Shown: positions 28,629-38,300, counted from the first letter of the stretch. The stretch is 41,787 bases of DNA from Kiritimatiellia bacterium (GCA_017463935.1 JAFUEM010000024.1:1-41787); one strand, 5' to 3'. The notes: generated by a model not told the origin, from the sequence alone. Program-made: numbers and translations.

Positions 28629-29554
28629 ATGAGGGCGGAATACAAGAAACGTGTTGTAGCAGGATGCGGATGCGTCCGATGAGCCTGTGGGAGTCGGGAG
28701 AATCGACCGGAGAAATTTCTCTTTCAGCGCTTTTTGATGGTGCTGGCGAGGTGTCGGGACGATCGTCAATTGGCGTTGATGAAATCGCCCATCTTGTCTG
28801 CCGTGGAGGATGGCCGCAAGCGGTGCTTGCCAAGACGCCTCGGGCGGCGTATATGAAGTCTTCCAGTTATGTCGATGAAGTCGTGCACGAAGACGTTCAC
28901 AGGGTTGATGGCGTTGAGCGCAATCCCGATCGTGTGAGGAATCTGCTGAAATCGCTGGCCAGAAACATCTCGACCATGGCTACAAATGAAACCATCTTGC
29001 AAGATTTAAAAGCCAACGATTCGTCCATCAGCGAAAAGACGCTTTCTTCATACTTGAACGCACTGCGAAAGATATTTCTGGTGGAAGATGTTCCAGCTTG
29101 GTCGCCGTCACTCAAGTCCAGGTTGGCGATTCGTTCGGCGATGAAACGGCAGTTTGTCGATCCTTCGGTCGCGACGGCCGTTTTGGGCGCGACGCCCAGG
29201 CGATTGCTGAATGACTTTCGCTCTTTCGGGTCTTTCTTCGAGTCGCTCTGCGTAAGAGATGTGCGCGTATACGCCCAGACGCTTGATGGCGAGGTGCGGC
29301 ACTATCGCGATCAGACCGGGCTTGAAGCCGATATGATTGTTGCATTGAAAGATGGGCGATGGGGTGCGGTCGAGGTAAAGCTGGGCGCAGGCGACATTGA
29401 CAGCGCGGCGGTGGGACTCAAGAAACTGAGTGCAAAGGTCGATGTCGGCAGGATGGGGCATCCTTCATTTCTCATGATATTGACCGGCACGGATCTTGGC
29501 TACACGCGGGACGATGGCGTTGTTGTCTGCCCGCTGGGTTGCTTGAGGCCATGA
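28629..29554 (+). pseudogene. AAA_14/DUF4143 ATP-binding protein with the P-loop domain internally deleted
   Basis: Head MRAEYKKRVV (28629) joined out of frame to RMRPMSLWESGES..GGWP..FVDPS..FESL..YRDQTGLEADMI..AVEVKLG. No Walker A/B. Confidence 0.8.
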
Positions 29555-29676
29555 AATATTCTGCGACATTCTCCGTCACGTGGCCGGTTCGGAAGGCGTG
29601 GGGCGGGATGAAATGCCTGCGCGAGAACGGCGTCAAGTACACCGTCAAGCACGTCGTCGGAAAGGAAGGGATATGA
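29551..29676 (+). pseudogene. 41-aa collapsed glycosyltransferase (head MKYSATFS plus tail repeat)
   Basis: In-frame MKYSATFS-VTWPVRKAWGGMKCLRENGVKYTVKHVVGKEGI*, with ATGA overlaps at both ends. Confidence 0.75.
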
Positions 29677-31115
29677 TGGACAATAACTCTCAAATGGAGT
29701 CGGATCCCCGCGAGCCTCGTTCCTTTCAGGAATGGGCGAAAATTCCGTTCGCCGAAGGGGTCGCCCGATGGCGCGCGGTGTTCCGCGCCGCCGCGCCGGA
29801 GGCGATCGGGGAGGGCGTGGCGGCGTCGGTTGTCATCCCCGTCTACAACGCCGCGCCCTATCTGCCGCAGATGCTGATCTCGCTCGCGGCGCAGACGCTC
29901 GCGAACATCGAGATCATCTGCGTCGACGACGGCTCGACCGACGCATCCCTTGCCGTCTGCAGGGCCTTTGCCGCGCACGACCCGCGGATCAGAGTCCTTT
30001 CGCAGACCAACCAAGGCGCGGCCGTCGCCCGCAACAACGGTCTCCTGGCGGCGGTCGGGCGGTGGGTCTTTTTTGCGGACGCCGATGATTTCTGCCATCC
30101 TGCGATGCTGGCCGACATGGTGGCCGCAGGCGAGAAGGGGGCCGATGTCGTCGTCGCGGGACGCCACTACCTCGACTTCCAAGGACGGCGGAAAGGGCTG
30201 ACCAAGAAAATCCCCAAGGCACAGCTCGCCCTGGGCGAGACGGTGACGTGCGAGACCGAGGGGTTCGATCCGTTCGCGGGGAGCGGGGTCGTCGTGTGGA
30301 ACAAGCTTTTCCGGCGTGCATTTCTGATGGAGCGGGATCTTCGCTTCGCTCGCCTGCCGACGAGCAATGACATGAACTTTGTCGTGTCTTCCTTGCTGCG
30401 GGCGGAGCGCATTCGACTGCTGCCGAAAGCCTATTATTACTATCGCGCAGAGAATCCGACGGGAATTGTCGGCGGCATGGATCGCTATCCGACGGTCTTT
30501 CTGGAAGCGTGGCGCGAAGCCGGACGCGAGATCGCCTCTCGGTCGGTGCGTCTGCAGACGCAATTCTACACGGCGGCCGTTTCGGCGGCCTTCTGGCATC
30601 TGACGCGCGTCAAGTCCGCTGCCGGTCTGCAGGCCGTCTATCGCGCGCTCCGTGACGGCGGCCTGGCCGCGCTGAAGGGCGAGGCGGTGGACGCGGGCGC
30701 GCTCGACCTGGGGACGTTGCGTGCCGCCTACGATGCGCTCATGCGCCGCGAACCGCTGGAGGTGGTGCTGCTGGCGCTGTTTTCGGCACAGAAGCTCACG
30801 TTCGATGAAACGCGGCAGAGCGCGCGCAAGAGCAGGGCCCGGGCGGTCGCGCTGGAAGGAAAGGTGTCGGCGCTGGCCGCCGCGCGCGACGCGCTGGCGG
30901 AGAACGTGGCGGCGCTGAACACGGCGCTCGAGGCGGCGCAGAGCGCCTATCAGGCGGAGGTTGCGCGGCTGAAGGCGAAGGTCGGCAGCCTCAAGAAATC
31001 CAAGGCGGCTCTCGCGCGGCAGCTCCTGGATGTGAAGCGTTCGCTGTCCTACCGGCTGGGGCGCTGGGCCACGGCGCCGTTCCGGCGGCTGAAGAAACTC
31101 GTGCGACAGAGTTGA
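29673..31115 (+). CDS. Glycosyltransferase family 2 with coiled coil and tail motif; paralog of the GT2 half of 23214..25520
   Basis: GEGVAASVVIPVYN, VDDGSTD, FFADADDFC. Ends KRSLSYRLGRWATAPFR. Confidence 0.9.
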   Translation: MMDNNSQMESDPREPRSFQEWAKIPFAEGVARWRAVFRAAAPEAIGEGVAASVVIPVYNAAPYLPQMLISLAAQTLANIEIICVDDGSTDASLAVCRAFAAHDPRIRVLSQTNQGAAVARNNGLLAAVGRWVFFADADDFCHPAMLADMVAAGEKGADVVVAGRHYLDFQGRRKGLTKKIPKAQLALGETVTCETEGFDPFAGSGVVVWNKLFRRAFLMERDLRFARLPTSNDMNFVVSSLLRAERIRLLPKAYYYYRAENPTGIVGGMDRYPTVFLEAWREAGREIASRSVRLQTQFYTAAVSAAFWHLTRVKSAAGLQAVYRALRDGGLAALKGEAVDAGALDLGTLRAAYDALMRREPLEVVLLALFSAQKLTFDETRQSARKSRARAVALEGKVSALAAARDALAENVAALNTALEAAQSAYQAEVARLKAKVGSLKKSKAALARQLLDVKRSLSYRLGRWATAPFRRLKKLVRQS

Positions 31116-31131
31116 TGGCGCAGCGGAAATA

Positions 31132-31140
31132 TGATAAAAT
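31132..31140 (+). promoter_or_regulatory. Extended -10 (TGaTAAAAT), near-leaderless promoter
   Basis: TAAAAT at 31135-31140, 9 nt before ATG 31150, no SD sequence. Confidence 0.5.
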
Positions 31141-31149
31141 ACCCCGCGC

Positions 31150-31890
31150 ATGAGAAAAACATATGTCTACGGCGGTGTTCTTGCAGGTGGCATCGGTTCG
31201 CGGATGTCCGGCGCAGGCAAACCCAAGCAGTTTCTGGAAGTAGGCGGCGTGCCGGTGCTTGTTCGGACCGTGCGACGGTTTCTGGAGCTGGACGAGCTCG
31301 CCGGCGTGGTGCTCGCCATGCACCCGGACTGGCGCGATTATTCGCTTGACCTGCTCCGCACGAGCGGCATTGACGTCTCGCGCGTGGAGATCGTGAGCGG
31401 CGGTCCGTCGCGCTTCGAGTCGCTCGTGAATCTCGCGAACGGCTGCGCATCGGCCGCCGCGCGTCGGGGGCTGGCGGGGCGTCTGCTGATGATCAGCCAC
31501 GACTGCGCACGGCCGTTCGTGTCCGCCGACATCCTGCGGCGGAACGTTGCCGCGCTGCTGGACGGCGGCTGTGACATGGCGACGACTTCGATCCCGACCA
31601 TTGACACCGTCCTGTTGTCGAGCGACGGCCAAAAGGGGGACTGCGTTCCGGAACGCTCGACCGTTTTTCTGGATCAGGGCCCGCAGACGGTCGACGTCGA
31701 GCATTTCCTGGGTCTTGTGGACAGCCTCTCCGCGGACGAGCGCGCGCGCTACATGGAGGCGGGGCGCCTCTACATGGAAAAGGGGTTCAACGTGCGCATC
31801 GTCGCCGGAGATCGCGGAAACTTCAAGCTGACGACGCCGTTTGACCTGGTGCTGGCGGAGCGACTGCTGGCCGACGGCCTCGTCAAATAA
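31150..31890 (+). CDS. IspD/TarI-family polyol-phosphate cytidylyltransferase
   Basis: LAGGIGSRM, PKQFL, GGPSRFES, HDCARPF, QGPQ, NFKLTTPFDL. Confidence 0.9.
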   Translation: MRKTYVYGGVLAGGIGSRMSGAGKPKQFLEVGGVPVLVRTVRRFLELDELAGVVLAMHPDWRDYSLDLLRTSGIDVSRVEIVSGGPSRFESLVNLANGCASAAARRGLAGRLLMISHDCARPFVSADILRRNVAALLDGGCDMATTSIPTIDTVLLSSDGQKGDCVPERSTVFLDQGPQTVDVEHFLGLVDSLSADERARYMEAGRLYMEKGFNVRIVAGDRGNFKLTTPFDLVLAERLLADGLVK

Positions 31891-31909
31891 AAAAAGGGGG
31901 TGGAGCGAG

Positions 31910-32818
31910 ATGAAATATCATGTTGAAAATGAATTTGAAATCGAGTCTCAGATTGAAATCGCGGATGTCAAAAAACTCGAGATCGACATTTTAAGGACGT
32001 TTGTCGCGTTTTGCAATGAACACGGCCTGAAATATTTTCTGGCCGGCGGCACCCTGATCGGCGCGGCTCGTCACAACGGCTTTGTGCCGTGGGACGACGA
32101 CATGGATGTTTCGATGCCCCGGCCCGATTTCGAACGTTTCCGTGAATTGACAAAAAACGGCACGCTGGGCCGTTACGAGATTCGCTCCATCAGCCTGACG
32201 CCCGACGTCTATGCGCGTCCTTTTGACCGCATCGTCGATCCGCGCTACATGACGCGCGTCAAGGTCGACCAGGTCTACATCTCTCCCTGGCTGGACGTGC
32301 ATGCGCTGGACGGACTGCCGACGGACGAGAAGGAGGACCGGGCGCACTGGGCGAAGGCGCGCTGGAACAAGCGGTTCAGCCGATGGACGCGGACGCGCTT
32401 CTGCGACGAGAAGAGCAAGATCAAGGGACTGTTGAAGAGGCTGGTGTTCTGGCCGGTCTATCTGCGGGGGCCCCATCATTACGCGAACGAGTTGACGAAG
32501 CTGGCCAAGACGTACGACTTCTACGAGTCGGAGTACATCGCGGCGTTTGTCGCGGGCTACGGGCACAAGGAGCGCATGCCGCGCTACTATTTTACAGATG
32601 GCGAGGAAAAGATGTGGTTCGAGGGCATTTTGTGCTCCGTGCCGCCGCACTGGGATCTTGAGCTGGCGCACATGTACAAGAACTACAACAGTCTGCCGCC
32701 GAAGAAAAAACGTGTTGTTCACATGGTTCGGGCATGGAAGCTGAAGACGCCGCTGAACCGTTTCCTTGATCTCATCGAAGAAAAAGACGAGTCGGCCAAA
32801 AGCGGGGAGGATGCCTGA
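31910..32818 (+). CDS. LicD family phosphotransferase
   Basis: GGTLIGAARHNGFVPWDDDMDV, LDVHALDG, FEG. Confidence 0.92.
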   Translation: MKYHVENEFEIESQIEIADVKKLEIDILRTFVAFCNEHGLKYFLAGGTLIGAARHNGFVPWDDDMDVSMPRPDFERFRELTKNGTLGRYEIRSISLTPDVYARPFDRIVDPRYMTRVKVDQVYISPWLDVHALDGLPTDEKEDRAHWAKARWNKRFSRWTRTRFCDEKSKIKGLLKRLVFWPVYLRGPHHYANELTKLAKTYDFYESEYIAAFVAGYGHKERMPRYYFTDGEEKMWFEGILCSVPPHWDLELAHMYKNYNSLPPKKKRVVHMVRAWKLKTPLNRFLDLIEEKDESAKSGEDA

Positions 32819-33468
32819 TGGAACCGAATGTGGCAAGGTTGATCGACGGCTACGTGCGAGCCGTCCAGACGGGAATCGACTGCGGAAATCGCGGTGTCAT
32901 CTCGCTTCGTGCGCCCGGCGGTGCGTTCGTCAAGCGGCGCGATGCGGTGAATACGCAGATCGGCGAACGTGACATCGTGCAGGCGGCGCCGGGCGGCATC
33001 GGCGATGCCGATGCGCGCGTGCGCGCGCATCTGGCGATCTTCGACGCATTCCCGTCCGTGAACGCCGTGGTGCAGCTTGACACAAGATGGTGTTCCGTCT
33101 GGGCGACTCAGGAAGAGGAACTGCCGCCGCTCAATGCCCTGCACGCCCGGTATTTCTTCGGTCCGGTCCGTGTCACCGGCGTCATCGCCGGCGAGTCCGA
33201 CGTCAACGAGGAGATCGGCCGGCGGGTGCTGGAGCTTTTCGAGACGCGCGTGATGGCGCATACGCCCGCGGCCTTCATCCGCAATCTGGGCGCCCTGACG
33301 TGGGGGGAGACGCTGGAGTCGGCGCTGGAGCGGGCCGTCGTCCTGGAGGAGCTGGCGTGCCGCGCCTGGCAGGTGCGTCTCGCCGTCGGTCCGGAATTCT
33401 CCTATCTGCCGTATCGTGTGCGCAAGCAGCTCTTCGCGGGTTCTTTTACGGGTGAAAAACTTGGCTAG
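32818..33468 (+). CDS. Class II aldolase/AraD-like protein with degenerate metal site
   Basis: HLAIFDAFPSVNAVVQLDTRWCSVWA, HARYFFG, TWGETLESALERAVVLEELA align to AraD by eye. Confidence 0.75.
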   Translation: MEPNVARLIDGYVRAVQTGIDCGNRGVISLRAPGGAFVKRRDAVNTQIGERDIVQAAPGGIGDADARVRAHLAIFDAFPSVNAVVQLDTRWCSVWATQEEELPPLNALHARYFFGPVRVTGVIAGESDVNEEIGRRVLELFETRVMAHTPAAFIRNLGALTWGETLESALERAVVLEELACRAWQVRLAVGPEFSYLPYRVRKQLFAGSFTGEKLG

Positions 33469-33491
33469 CCAATATCGAAAGGATCAACACG

Positions 33492-34532
33492 ATGAAATGT
33501 ATCGCGATTGGAGACGTGTTCATCACTCCCGACATGATGCGGGCGGGGATCGCGCGTTTTCCTGACCTGATCGACAAGAGCGACGTTTTCTTCTTCGGGC
33601 GCAACAATCGCAAGACGATGCGCAACGTCGTGAAGATCATCGAAAGCGGCGGATTCGAGGACCTCGACGTCCCGGAGGAGGCGCTCGACGCGCTGGCGGA
33701 CGCCGAACTGCTCATGGTGCATCTCTGCCCGGTGACAAAAGACGTCCTGGCGCACGCGCCGAAACTGAAGTACATCCTCTGCAATCGCGGCGGGCACGAG
33801 AACATCGACCTCAAGGCGGCGGCGGAACGCGGCATCCACGTCATGCTGAACCCGGCGCACAACGCCAACGCCGTGGCCGAATTCACGGTGGCGACGATCC
33901 TGGGCGAGCTCCGCAACATCTCGCGCTCGCATCTGGCCCTGAAGAGCGGCGAATGGCGGGAGAAATACCCGAATTCAGGCCGCATCATCGAGCTCAAGGA
34001 CCTGACCGTGGGCATCATCGGCTTCGGCAACATCGGGGAGCTGGTCTGCGAGAAGCTGTCGAGCTTCGGCTGCCGCATCCTCGTCGCCACGCGCAGCGAA
34101 CACGCGCAGACTAATCCGCGCATCAACTGGGACCGGCTGGAGTTTACCAGCTTCAACAGGGTGGTGACGGATTCGGACTTCATCTCCGTGCATGTGCGCG
34201 ACCCGAAGAAGCGCGTGCTGTTCGGCGCGCGCGAGTTCAACATGATGAAGCCGACGGCCTACTTCATCAACACGGCGCGGCCCTACGTGATGGACTATGA
34301 CGCGCTGTTCGTCGCGCTGTCGGAGAACAAGATCGCGGGTGCCGCCATCGACGTGTTCCCGAAGGAGCCGCTGGGCTTGACGTTCCCGCTGGTCTCGCTT
34401 GACAACATCACGCTGACGAACCATCGTGCAGGGGACACGGTCAACGCCTACAGCGACAGCCCCGCCATGATGTTCGAGGCGCTGCGCACGTGGCTGAACG
34501 GCGGCGCGGAGCCGAAGTTCCTCGTTCGGTGA
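33492..34532 (+). CDS. D-isomer-specific 2-hydroxyacid dehydrogenase family (SerA-like fold)
   Basis: RGGHENID, NANAVAEF, GIIGFGNIG, INTAR, DVFPKEP, NHRAG. Confidence 0.9.
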   Translation: MKCIAIGDVFITPDMMRAGIARFPDLIDKSDVFFFGRNNRKTMRNVVKIIESGGFEDLDVPEEALDALADAELLMVHLCPVTKDVLAHAPKLKYILCNRGGHENIDLKAAAERGIHVMLNPAHNANAVAEFTVATILGELRNISRSHLALKSGEWREKYPNSGRIIELKDLTVGIIGFGNIGELVCEKLSSFGCRILVATRSEHAQTNPRINWDRLEFTSFNRVVTDSDFISVHVRDPKKRVLFGAREFNMMKPTAYFINTARPYVMDYDALFVALSENKIAGAAIDVFPKEPLGLTFPLVSLDNITLTNHRAGDTVNAYSDSPAMMFEALRTWLNGGAEPKFLVR

Positions 34533-34541
34533 GGCGGGCGC

Positions 34542-35360
34542 GTGGCCGTGAGCTCCGATTTGCGGCGAATTCAGCAACAGGGGGTTGGGCTTCTGCGGCA
34601 GTTTTCGGCGTTTTGCGGGGAGCATGGCATTCGCTATTTCATCTGCGGCGGCACGTTGCTGGGCGCCGCGCGGGACGGCCGGTTCATTCCGTGGGACGAT
34701 GACGTCGATGTCGTTGTGCCGCGGGCCGATTTCCGGCGACTGGAGCTCCTTGCGACGGACCATCCGCCTGCGGGCGTCTATTGGCTCGGGCAGGCCAATC
34801 CGGCCCATGCGGAGCCGAATGTCTTCTGGGGGAAGTTCTGCAAGATTGACAGCGACATCGTCGATGCCCACGCCAATGGACGGGTTGTCCATCACTTCGG
34901 TCTTGACGTGCTGCCGCTGGACGAGCTGCCGCGCGGTCGGTTCCAGCGCGTTCGCCAGCGCTTCCTCTCTTATTACTATCAGCATCTCTCGTCGCTGCTG
35001 TTCGGCGGCGCCAGCCCGCGCCACCGCGGCGTGAAGGCGATCCTGCGGCTGGCGCTGGCGCCGTTCAGCACGAACGCCCGCACCGTGGCCGAAAGGTTTC
35101 GGGCGGTTGCGGCCATCGGCGAGGGGGCCGGATCCGGGCGGCTTGTCAGCCTGTGCGGCCGCTATGGATACGCGCACGAGCAGTTCCCGGCAGAATGGTT
35201 CGCTTCGTCGGTCTACTTGCCTTTTGAGGGGCTGAGCCTGCCGGCGGCGATAGGTTGGCGCGGCATGCTCGAGATGGCGTACGGAAAGGACTGGATGACG
35301 CCCCGGCAGGATGTCGCGGGAAGACGTCACTACAAAGTAAGGGAAAGGGAACAATCATGA
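34542..35360 (+). CDS. LicD family phosphotransferase (second)
   Basis: GGTLLGAARDGRFIPWDDDVDV, LDVLPLD, PFEG, LEMAYG. Confidence 0.9.
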   Translation: MAVSSDLRRIQQQGVGLLRQFSAFCGEHGIRYFICGGTLLGAARDGRFIPWDDDVDVVVPRADFRRLELLATDHPPAGVYWLGQANPAHAEPNVFWGKFCKIDSDIVDAHANGRVVHHFGLDVLPLDELPRGRFQRVRQRFLSYYYQHLSSLLFGGASPRHRGVKAILRLALAPFSTNARTVAERFRAVAAIGEGAGSGRLVSLCGRYGYAHEQFPAEWFASSVYLPFEGLSLPAAIGWRGMLEMAYGKDWMTPRQDVAGRRHYKVREREQS

Positions 35361-38300
35361 AAAGACGAATCTTGAGCCGTGCGGTCGTTGCCGTCCTGGC
35401 GCTGTCCGTCTGCGGACGTCCGCTGATGGCGGAATCGTTTCAGGCGACCTACGAGGCGGCCGACTGGCTGTCGAGCGACGTTGACGCGCCGACGCAGGGC
35501 GATTCCGTCAGCCAGCAGACGGATGCGCTGCAGGCCATGATGCGGCAGGCTGGCGAGGCGGCGCGCAACGGGCGCGTGAAAGTCCACTTCGGTGCGGGTC
35601 GATACGTGATCGACGACTATCTGCCGATCTACTCGAACATGTCAATTGAGCTTGACGACGACGCGACGGTTGTCTCGGTTTCGGAAGCGGCGCCCGGCAT
35701 GTTGACGGCGCACCACTTTGATGAAGATGGCGGCCTGTGTCCGCGCGATGAATCCTGTCGTCATGCCGGCTATTCGCAAATTACGAACGTGACGATTTGC
35801 GGCGGCACGTGGGACAGGAACGCAAATCCCTTGTGCGACACGTACATCGTGCGTCTGGTGCACGGTGCCGACATCGTGATTTCGAACGTGACGTTCAAGG
35901 CCGCATCCGACCATTTCCTGAACCTGTCCGGCACGTCAAATGTCGTCGTGCGGTCCGTCCGCTTCCGGGATGCCGTTCGGTATCAAGGAGAGGATCCTGG
36001 TTTCTGGGGGAAATTCGCGTGGGGCGACGAGACGCGCTACACGACCATCGAAGCCGTTCACCTGGATTACTGCAGCCTGGAGGGAGAGCCCAACGCCCAT
36101 CCGCTTGACGAGACGGCCTGTCAGGACGTTTTGATCGACGGCTGCTCTTTTTCAGGCGTCTTTGCGGGTGTCGGCACGCATCACAATCCGCTGGGCGAAA
36201 AGGCCCGCGGCGTGACGATCGTGAATTCGCGGTTCGAAAACTGCCTTTCCTATGCGTGCTATGCGTTTGGATTCTCAAACCTTGAGATCAGAAATTGCGA
36301 TGTGCGTGGCGGCGAGGGTCTGGTTTATGCCTCGCGTTCCGATTTGTGCGCGGAGGAGAATGTTGTCGATTCGGCCTCCGCCAGCGCGGTCTATGTCTAC
36401 GACGCGAGCGACGGTCTGTTCAGGAACAATGCTTTTTCGAATTCGTGCGCGACGGTCTTCCGCGCCAATGGCGAGAGCCGCCTGGTCGCGCTGACCAATG
36501 TGATCCATGTCGCCGGTCGGCATGGCGTATCGGCGACCGGCGGGCGCGTCGTCCTTTCCGGGAACGCGATCAGCCGCACGACGGAGAACGGCGTCTATGT
36601 CGACGGCGCGACGGCCGAAGTCTGCGACAACGAGATCGCGGAGCCCGGAACGGCTGGCGTCCGCGCGGACAATGGCGCCGCGGTGGTCGCGTGCGGGAAC
36701 AGGATTTCCGATGCCGGCACCCATGGCGTTTCCATCGGCGTCAACGCGTCGTTCGCGATTTCGGACAATGCGATTCTGCGGGGCGGGGCAAACGGCGTTC
36801 GCGTCGAGCAGGGCGCGGACGGAGGGTCTGTCTCCGGGAACGAGATCGCGTCGTCGGGCGAGCGCGGCATCTACCTGCTGGACGTCAGGGACGTCCGGGT
36901 CGAAGACAACGCGATCAGGGATTCGGCCCTGCATGGTCTCTTTGTCCAGGGCGGTTCGGTCGCGGCGGTCGGCAATGCGATCGACACGACGGGGAAGGAC
37001 GCGAACGGGGTGTTTCTCAAGCAGACGACGGCGATGATCGCGACCAACACCATCGCCAACGCCGGGGCTTCGGGCATACGCGCGGACGACGGCACGACGC
37101 TGGTCGCCAGCGGCAACATCATCACGAATCCGCAGGCGCACGGCCTGTCGATCGGCGGGCTTTCGTCGTACCGTCTGGACGGCAACGCGGTCACGGATGC
37201 GCGGAAAACCGGCATCTTTGTCAGCGCCTGCCAAGGCGGCGGCTCTGTTTCTGGCAACCGGATAGCGCGTAGCGGCGAGAGCGGCATCTCGTTGGTCCAG
37301 TCGGAGGGTGCCGTCGTGTCCGGCAATCAAGTCGAGGTGACAGGCGGCTTTTCGGAGGGCATTTATGTGCGCGAGGCGGCGACGGCGACCATTCGGGACA
37401 ACACGGCCTTGATGACGGGCGGTCATGCGATTCGCGTTCAAGGTGCGGCGGGCAAGCCGATGACGGCCGTCCTTTCCGGCAACACCGCGCAGACGGCCAA
37501 CCCGAGCTATGCGGATATTCGCGTCGGCGACTACTGCCTGAATTGCGTGCTGACTGAAAATGTCACCTCTGACGGCGGCATCAAGGTCTCCAAGAACGAA
37601 ACGAGCGGCACACGCATCATCGAACCCGTGTGCGTCTATTCGGTGACATTCGACGGCAACGGGGCGACGGGCGGCAAGATGGCCGCGCTGTCGGTCAACG
37701 TCGGCGAGACGACGGCGCTGACGGCGAACGCGTTCACGCGCACGGGCTGGACGTTTCTGGGCTGGGCGACGAGGAAGGACGCGACGGCGGCGGACTACGC
37801 GGACCAGGCGAAGGTGAAGGATCTGGCGAAGACGGACGGTGCGAAGGTGACGCTGTACGCGGTGTGGAAGGTGAACGCCTACACGGTGAAGTTCGACGGG
37901 AACGGCGCGACGTCGGGCGCGATGGCGGCGCAGGCGCGGACGTACGGCGACGGCAAGGCGCTGACGGCGAATGCGTTCAAGCGCACGAACTGCCATTTCC
38001 TGGGCTGGGCGACGACGAAGGGCGGCGCCGTCAAGTACACCAACAAGCAGGCGGCCAACCTGTCGGCGAAGGCCGGCGCGACGGTGACCTTGTACGCCGT
38101 CTGGAAGATCAGCGCCTACAAGGTGGCGTTCGACGGGAACGGGGCGACGTCGGGCGCGGTGGAGGCGCAGGCGATCAACGTCGGCGCGGCGACGGCGCTG
38201 ACGGCGAATGCGTTCGCGCGCACGGGGTACACGTTCCTGGGCTGGTCGACGAAGAAGGACGCGACGGCGGCGGACTACAAGGATGCGGCGAAGGTGAAGA

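Noticed and set aside
29580-29672. N-terminal extension of the GT2 ORF from 29580
   Set aside because: This DNA is the tail repeat read in another frame. The coupled ATG at 29673 is the likelier start.
8593-29676. Classical integron, shufflon or diversity-generating retroelement
   Set aside because: No integrase, invertase or reverse transcriptase in the window, no recognisable attC structure, all repeats direct, and mismatches between copies are not adenine-specific.
31889-31900. A7G5 run as a phase-variation tract
   Set aside because: Short, at a stop codon/intergenic position, and unremarkable.
31150-34532. Housekeeping ispD, araD and serA assignments
   Set aside because: Context between LicD genes, the lost AraD metal ligands and the absence of a SerA ACT domain argue against these gene symbols.
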